Source: Deltaproteobacteria bacterium TL4
GTDB taxonomy: Bacteria; SAR324; NAC60-12
Length of the DNA: 44,473 bases
Direction of reading: 5' to 3'
Assembly (NCBI GenBank): GCA_051382335.1
Contig: JBBCAX010000271.1
Coordinates: 1-44,473, forward strand
Part shown: positions 38,498-44,473 of the stretch, piece by piece
How positions within the stretch are numbered: position 1 is the first letter of the stretch
Layout of the letters: each line of letters opens with the position of its first letter
Translations under genes and position numbers: made by a program
Notes under the pieces: generated by a model
Databases searched by the model: none
Seen by the model: the letters and a program-made list of their open reading frames with translations, nothing else
Told to the model about the DNA's origin: nothing

Positions 38498-40675
38498 CTA
38501 TCCGCAGAAGTAGTGAAAGGAGGTTTTCTTGGTACTTTTAGGTTTATCCGGATCAATGTTGAAGATTGCGATCACTTCTGTCCGTATGGAAGATTTAACG
38601 TTAAATACGACTAATTCCGCGGTTTCAATAATTTGAAAGAGTCCCCGTCCTGCACCGCCTTTATTGGTATTTAATGAGCCGGCTTCGCCTTTGTAACAGC
38701 TTTCCAAATAAGCCAATATCGTTGTTCTGTGAAAAGCACCAAAAGGGTCTTCAACTGACACCGCAAGTAATACCCCATCGCAGGCATAGCGGAATATCCC
38801 CTGCTCTTCCTTTTTCAACTCAATCGCAACGGTCCTCGGGAGATGGTTGTAGAGTGCGTGTCCTCTCGAATCAACAGGCGCATCATAGATGGCATTCATC
38901 AGTAATTCCTCCGCAACCATCGAGCATTTTCTCAAGATAGGTCTGCGCACGCCCAGTTGTTCAAAATAGTCAACCATATCAAGGTTGAGTTCCCTTCGTT
39001 CTTCACTACCAAGAATAGGTTGTGATTGGACTTCAACACCCCAACTTAAATATTTTTCCAGTCCAAACAGATCTTCATTAATCATTTTGCTGACCGTAAT
39101 GATGATGTTTTTGAGGGTAAAGGTCCGGTCTTCATCGTTACGGGAAACAATGTTTGAAATGTGAGGGTGTTCTCTGAGAACCTTGAGGTAGCTGGAAGCA
39201 TCGTCAGAAGTCATAAAAACGGTTTTAACCTTAGGTTGATGTTTGAGTGCATACGAGGTGAGTTCAATCAACTCCGCGTCAGAACAAATTACATCGTAAG
39301 TGTGTTCTTCCAAGCACTTCAAGCCTTCATCATAGCTGGAAACAATATCCAGTTGCACCCCTGTCCCTCCAAGTGCCATTTTAGCGACAATTTGTTGTTT
39401 TTTGTCGGTTTCTGCCAATAAAACCCGTTTGTTTTTAATGGCTTTTTCCGAATGATATAAAGAAGAAAAAGGACGTATGGTTTCTGCCATATTGTGTGCT
39501 TCTCGTGCGGCCTTACGCACATCTTTTTTCCAGTCTTCTTTTTCTGAATGTAGCAGATCATCAAGGATATCGAGTAAGGTTGTGAAATGCGTTTCATAAA
39601 TAGTACTGAGGCGTTTCAGTAATTGTTCCTTGTTTTGATCTAATTCCGTCAATTTACGATTACTGGTAATTAAAACTGTATTTTGTTGTTCCAAATCTTG
39701 TTGTGAGTCATTCAATTCATAAGTTTTATCAATCAAATGCTGACTTACCTCTTCCTGAGCTCGCAGTGTTTTTTGCAGCAGCACTTTTTGTTGCTCTAAC
39801 TCATCTGTACGTCTTTTCACCGTAGCTTCCAAATTTTGTTGAATAACCGCTAACTCCTTACGGGAGATAGACAGTTTTTTGATCATGTTATTAAACGCTT
39901 CCTCAACAATCTTCAGTTCATTCCGTCCTTTGGTTTTGATCTTGACTTCAATATCCTCAAGATTATCGAGATTAATCTGATTGGCGCTCCAAGCGAGTAT
40001 CGACAGTGGCCGTGCAAGCAAGCGTCTGGAAATGGTCAGGAAAATAATCCACAGTGCTACTGTTTTTATCACAGCATTGATGATGATCAGAATGAAGCCA
40101 GATTGTACACGATCCAAAATTACTTTTGAACTTGAATAAAGCGTCGCTTTTCCGACTTCTACATCCTCTCCTTGATAGCGATACTTGAGAGGGAAGCTAT
40201 AACCAAAAATATCGGCAAACATAGTTTTTTCGCCAAGAGGCTCAGGTTTTCTATCAGCATTAAAGGTTACATAGTTGCCTCCACTGCTAATGATAGTTCC
40301 GATGACCCCAACTTGGTGATCCTCGTCATCCAGAACTTCAATACCGATGAGACTCGGAATATTGATCATTCCTTCCAATGCTGACTGTAACTGCGACTCA
40401 TTAATGCTCCAAATAAAGTCTGCTATTGTGGGCTCAAATGTTTTTTGAAACATCTGAAGTTCCGCCCTAATATTTTCCTTGGTCTTGCTATACTCCACAA
40501 CCATGTGCAAAATGGTTAGCGTCAAGGTAATCACAAAGTAGATGGAAAATACTAGGGCTAACAGTTTTGTCGCAATAGAATCTTTTATCTGAACGATGGG
40601 TTTCATAACACTTTGGTTCCTAAGCCGGGAGACTCTCGAAATGAAATTTTTTACAAGTTTTGTAATGAAAGACAC
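38498..40675 (-). CDS. Membrane sensor: periplasmic domain, HAMP, coiled coil, REC-like, C-terminal RsbW-like GHKL ATPase (start uncertain; ATG near 40606 plausible)
   Basis: Two TMs; HAMP RPL..L....NEL..V...FN.M; RVLLAE...DVICSD; EELLMNAIYDA, VEDPFG, GAGRGL. Confidence 0.75.
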   Translation of the reverse strand: MSFITKLVKNFISRVSRLRNQSVMKPIVQIKDSIATKLLALVFSIYFVITLTLTILHMVVEYSKTKENIRAELQMFQKTFEPTIADFIWSINESQLQSALEGMINIPSLIGIEVLDDEDHQVGVIGTIISSGGNYVTFNADRKPEPLGEKTMFADIFGYSFPLKYRYQGEDVEVGKATLYSSSKVILDRVQSGFILIIINAVIKTVALWIIFLTISRRLLARPLSILAWSANQINLDNLEDIEVKIKTKGRNELKIVEEAFNNMIKKLSISRKELAVIQQNLEATVKRRTDELEQQKVLLQKTLRAQEEVSQHLIDKTYELNDSQQDLEQQNTVLITSNRKLTELDQNKEQLLKRLSTIYETHFTTLLDILDDLLHSEKEDWKKDVRKAAREAHNMAETIRPFSSLYHSEKAIKNKRVLLAETDKKQQIVAKMALGGTGVQLDIVSSYDEGLKCLEEHTYDVICSDAELIELTSYALKHQPKVKTVFMTSDDASSYLKVLREHPHISNIVSRNDEDRTFTLKNIIITVSKMINEDLFGLEKYLSWGVEVQSQPILGSEERRELNLDMVDYFEQLGVRRPILRKCSMVAEELLMNAIYDAPVDSRGHALYNHLPRTVAIELKKEEQGIFRYACDGVLLAVSVEDPFGAFHRTTILAYLESCYKGEAGSLNTNKGGAGRGLFQIIETAELVVFNVKSSIRTEVIAIFNIDPDKPKSTKKTSFHYFCG

Positions 40676-40946
40676 GGTAGCCCCCTATGAGGTATTTAGC
40701 GTAGAGAAATTCTTTCGTCAAAAGGAATACGCATTTCTATACATTTTCTTATTGAGGTTCTACGCTTGAAAAATACTTTGCTCCACAGTGATGTTGGTCA
40801 GGGTAAGGAATAGTATGTAATCTTCAGGATCTACGGAGATTGAAGCATGAGGGTTTACCAGCATCATCGTGCATTAATATGCGAATTTTCATGATATCAC
40901 AACATCATCCATAGAGTTAATTTGGGGTCACCAAGAAGGCGTTTTT

Positions 40947-42206
40947 TTAGATTGAACTTAGAGCAGTCTGTACTTGACGAAATAGCAATGCGTCTTCATC
41001 CTTGTCCGATTGCATACGATCCATGTTGTCCTCACAAATGGTTAGTATTTTAGACATCACACTGGGAGGGACACGAAGTGCTGAGCTGTATTTAAACAGT
41101 TGCATGGCGGTGTTGGTATATTCCCGCAATAACATGTTCCTGAGTTTTTCTGAGCCCTTGTCCCCGACAACAAACCGTTTTCCTTTTCCATAGGCTTCGA
41201 GAGACGCATGTAAAAATTGTTTCACCAAGGGGATGCATTGTTCCTCTCCTGAGAGGTGACGCATGATCGCAAGATGCGTTGCCTGCATATAAATTCTCCC
41301 CAAAATGATGTAGGACAACAGGCGTTCAGGATATTTTTGTTGTAATTTTTTGATATCCTCAATGGCCAGTGCATAAAGGACAGGGAAAAATCTTGAAATG
41401 TTTAATAGTTGTTCAAGGTTTGCGACAATTTTTCGAGGTTCCTTGCTGAGTGGGGTTTGAGTATCTTTATATTGTTTTCTAATAGACGCCGCCTTATTTA
41501 CACTTAAATAGACGTCGTAGAGGTAAAAGGGCGATGATTCAAATTGACGTACCTCTTTACTCCGCGAAAGCTCAAAGAGCATTTGTAGAACTTTGTTGTT
41601 TGTTTCCAGGTGTTTTAAGTAATTCAAATGTTCTTGCTGCGTTTCGCCGTCGGCGATTTTCGCCTGCTGCTCCATCATATGCTTCTTCTTTTGCAAGTCT
41701 CGCCTTAGGTGATTAAGGTAAGTTTGATAAGCCGCCACAATCGTCTGAAAACTATCGGTGCTACAATATCCCACGGACAAAGGAAGCAGTGCCTGAAATA
41801 AATTATCACGATACGCCTCAATTCCAAAATCAGCCTCTGCTTTACAGATGTTGTTCACTAACTGCAGACGGGCTTGATGATTCCCAGGATTATTTTTTAG
41901 AGACTTAACCAGCTCTTCATTTGCTTTAGTCGGCATGAGTGTTAATAAATCTTGAGCACTGAGGTGTTCATTCAAGGAATTTTGCTTAATAATGGAATGG
42001 AACAACTTACCTGCTCCCGAACTATTCGCCCAACTGATCAGTTCGTTACGTCGTTTAAATATTTCGTTATGCCATAAGTTATGTTGTTTATAAATGCCCG
42101 GCAACGAATGGACATCAATCACATGGATTGTGCCTTGAATTGCATCAAAACGTGTAGGGGTTTGTGATTGAAAAGATTTTTGTTTATGTTGACTTTGAAG
42201 TTCCAT
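40947..42206 (-). CDS. Hypothetical all-helical (TPR-like) protein
   Basis: 419-aa ORF; NP.NHQARLQL and YP...LSYIILGRIY TPR-like segments. Confidence 0.75.
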   Translation of the reverse strand: MELQSQHKQKSFQSQTPTRFDAIQGTIHVIDVHSLPGIYKQHNLWHNEIFKRRNELISWANSSGAGKLFHSIIKQNSLNEHLSAQDLLTLMPTKANEELVKSLKNNPGNHQARLQLVNNICKAEADFGIEAYRDNLFQALLPLSVGYCSTDSFQTIVAAYQTYLNHLRRDLQKKKHMMEQQAKIADGETQQEHLNYLKHLETNNKVLQMLFELSRSKEVRQFESSPFYLYDVYLSVNKAASIRKQYKDTQTPLSKEPRKIVANLEQLLNISRFFPVLYALAIEDIKKLQQKYPERLLSYIILGRIYMQATHLAIMRHLSGEEQCIPLVKQFLHASLEAYGKGKRFVVGDKGSEKLRNMLLREYTNTAMQLFKYSSALRVPPSVMSKILTICEDNMDRMQSDKDEDALLFRQVQTALSSI

Positions 42207-42369
42207 CTCTTCCTTTTAGGCCATTATGATAGATGAAGAGCTTATAAAAAAAACGAGCCACGTTCGTGTTCTAAAACTCAAAGATAAAAACGCAAAAACC
42301 ATACTACCGTCCAAGGAGGAGACGCCTTAACATAACGATAACTGGTGGGTAGTGAGTTTTTAACTAGTC

Positions 42370-42393
42370 GATCGCTTTTGATAAAAAGCGATC
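42370..42393 (-). terminator. Hairpin directly after PilZ gene stop
   Basis: GATCGCTTTT-GATA-AAAAGCGATC perfect 10-bp stem. Confidence 0.5.
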
Positions 42394-42828
42394 TCAGCTA
42401 AAAATTGAGGAATGTGAGATATGAATATAACAATAAGAACTTTCCAGGATCTCATCTTCAAAGTTGTTTGGGAAACTTAACTCATTGTCAAATTCGATCC
42501 CGATGGTACTTGTTCCATCTTTGAAGAAGATCCATTTCACGACTCCTTCTTGCTCCACTAAAGTTTCTGGCATTGAAAGCCCCTTGTCTCTAAGCAAATG
42601 AAACCTCGCCTTATACCCCCCGACTTCATCCAATTTACCGTTGACCGCAATGCTTATGCCATGTTTAGAAAGATCTAAAGAGTGACCTTGATAGAATAAA
42701 TGCTCTTTTTTCAGCGTCACTTTGTGCACACTGCTAAACCGGATATCTTTTACTTTTTTAAGACTTATCATCTCAATGATTCCCTTATCACAAAGTATTG
42801 GCAATAATTCATGTATTTGTCGTAACAA
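42394..42828 (-). CDS. PilZ-like domain protein (true start probably internal)
   Basis: DLSKHGI (DxSxxG) and G.V.W......IGIEF; RxxxR motif degenerate (KKVKDIR). Confidence 0.7.
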   Translation of the reverse strand: MLRQIHELLPILCDKGIIEMISLKKVKDIRFSSVHKVTLKKEHLFYQGHSLDLSKHGISIAVNGKLDEVGGYKARFHLLRDKGLSMPETLVEQEGVVKWIFFKDGTSTIGIEFDNELSFPNNFEDEILESSYCYIHISHSSIFS

Positions 42829-43210
42829 AGATTATTGGATTTGTCGAATGTTTGAGGCAAAATTTTTAAAAAATTTCCTTTCATGGACAGCAAAAATAGT
42901 GACAATTGATGCGATTATAAAATATAAATTATAGATTTGTATATTTTTCAAGTAACAGGGCAGAGAAAACTTCTATGCGTGAAGTCTCATTAGAGATCAT
43001 TTTACACTTTACTTCGATCAAATCAATCGAGGATTTATGTCTCCGAAGCAAAGAGACGACAGCAGGAAATGACGGTTATCTTTTATCAACGATAGCAAAT
43101 AGAAATAATTTGAATAAAGGATTAAACAGAAGTACAGTGATTGCATGCCATTTTTAGTGCGTACTCTTGAGCACCAGACATCCTTAAAGATTTTGCTCAT
43201 CCAGGGAATC

Positions 43211-43630
43211 ATGAATCAAGCATTTGTTTATATCATAGGGTTAGGCTTTACGGTGTTCTTTGGATTCCAGGGATCCTTAGCCTTGGCCGTCAGACATTAT
43301 CACCAAAAAAATCAGAGCCAACGCAGTAAATGTGATCAAGTTTTGCATTCGCCCTACGCTTTTATGGGAAAGGTTCCGATAGCCTACGTTGCGACTTTGT
43401 TTTATGCCGTTCTGTTGGGACAATTGATAGGTATTTTCACTCAAGGTCAGGACAACATGCGGTTAGTAACCTACGCCGCAGTTTTTGCGATCATTGCGAC
43501 ATGCTATTATGCCTACCTCTTATTCTTCAAACTCAACAGCTGGTGCTGGGGATGTATTCGTATTTATATCACGAATCTACTCATGGGAATTTGTTTGATA
43601 GGATATCATTTCAATCATTACGCTGAGTAA
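43211..43630 (+). CDS. Vitamin K epoxide reductase (VKOR) family protein
   Basis: C..VL.S.YA...GKVP.A and active-site CWGC; four TM segments; start set at ATG 43211. Confidence 0.85.
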   Translation: MNQAFVYIIGLGFTVFFGFQGSLALAVRHYHQKNQSQRSKCDQVLHSPYAFMGKVPIAYVATLFYAVLLGQLIGIFTQGQDNMRLVTYAAVFAIIATCYYAYLLFFKLNSWCWGCIRIYITNLLMGICLIGYHFNHYAE

Positions 43631-43678
43631 ATCCAATTCGTTGCCTCTCTCAATATCAATCTTCAACTTTGTGATTCA

Positions 43679-44140
43679 ATGCACCATGACTCAGTGTCCT
43701 CTACTCTTCCAACACCACGGTTTGATTTAAAACAGGAAACTCAAATCCTGCTGGATCAAGCTCTGCAAAGTTACTTTTCTGAAGAGATCTTGCGACCGAT
43801 GAATGAGTGGATTCAAGCACTTCAAACTCTTTGTGAAAAATCAGATCAGCAAGCCCACAGCCTCTTAAACAAATTATTCAAAGAAATTCAGCTGAGTCGG
43901 TCTCGGATCTGGATCCCGATTAAAGGTGCTCTTTTAAGCGTACATGAAATTCTACAGTTGATGGACTTGGGGTTTAAATTGGGGAAGGTGGACAAAGATT
44001 TTGAAGTCAAGCTGCGTGATCAGCAAAGAACTCCTTATTATCAGGGACGCCCCATTCCATCGGAACAATGGGATCAACAATTTCCTTGTATTTTAAAACA
44101 TGCCGCCTATTCCAGGCTTGTAGCATTGCAGCCCGGATAG
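43679..44140 (+). CDS. Hypothetical protein
   Basis: 153-aa ORF downstream of VKOR; no family recognised. Confidence 0.6.
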   Translation: MHHDSVSSTLPTPRFDLKQETQILLDQALQSYFSEEILRPMNEWIQALQTLCEKSDQQAHSLLNKLFKEIQLSRSRIWIPIKGALLSVHEILQLMDLGFKLGKVDKDFEVKLRDQQRTPYYQGRPIPSEQWDQQFPCILKHAAYSRLVALQPG

Positions 44141-44473
44141 TTGATCATAAACCTCCACCGCGTGTTTACAGGCTTTCACCGCAGTTTCATACTGACTGAG
44201 GCGTTTTTCCAGATTCGCCTCACTCTTGGCGTTTCCAAATTTTCGCATCGCTTCGCTTTCATTCGTGATTAGTCCATAAGCTTTTCTTTCAAGTTGAGAC
44301 TGGAGTTTAAAAAGATCCCGAAATTCATGGAAATAATCACAGACCCAAAGAGCTGCCTCAAAAGCGGCGTGAAAGCCAGTGACCAAGCCTAGTCCCCGAT
44401 CACTGGCCATGCCCAGCGTGACAAAGCGGTGATCTTCCAAAGCTTCAAAGTGCTTTTTCCAGGTATCCGCCGA
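44093..44473 (-). CDS. 3' part of a hypothetical protein running off the window edge
   Basis: Frame remains open from 44473 to the stop at 44093. Confidence 0.65.
   Translation of the reverse strand, partial: SADTWKKHFEALEDHRFVTLGMASDRGLGLVTGFHAAFEAALWVCDYFHEFRDLFKLQSQLERKAYGLITNESEAMRKFGNAKSEANLEKRLSQYETAVKACKHAVEVYDQLSGLQCYKPGIGGMF

Noticed and set aside
42226..42330. Possible 34-aa plus-strand ORF (MIDEELIKK...)
   Set aside because: No clear RBS; lies in the promoter region of the opposite-strand gene.
44093..44140. Convergent 3' overlaps (also 2223-2265, 13465-13473, 27726-27731) as a regulatory system
   Set aside because: Short tail-to-tail overlaps are common in compact bacterial genomes; there is no further evidence.

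Overview
Bacterial chromosomal window, mostly housekeeping and signalling genes: smpB, dprA, ahpCF, proS, tgt, queF, cheY/cheZ, sohB, trpD-like, two hybrid kinases and a surface-glycosylation cluster. Gene content loosely suggests a deltaproteobacterium-like lineage such as SAR324 (weak inference). The most striking non-genic signal is a set of miniature elements in which IS-like terminal inverted repeats (TIRs) with target-site duplications (TSDs) wrap different REP-like palindrome doublets. One is solo at 636-751. Four more form a nested Russian-doll structure at 9524-10150, apparently inserted between the putative promoter/operator and the start codon of a Phd/RelE-like toxin-antitoxin pair. 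Other items: an unannotated truncated Phd-like antitoxin, cheZ-cheY sandwiched between tgt and queF, a HAMP-REC-GHKL sensor of unusual architecture, and active-site variants of TrpD, HMG-CoA lyase, VKOR and a U32 protein. No rRNA, tRNA, CRISPR array or transposase gene was seen. All calls come from motif recognition by eye; no database searches were run.
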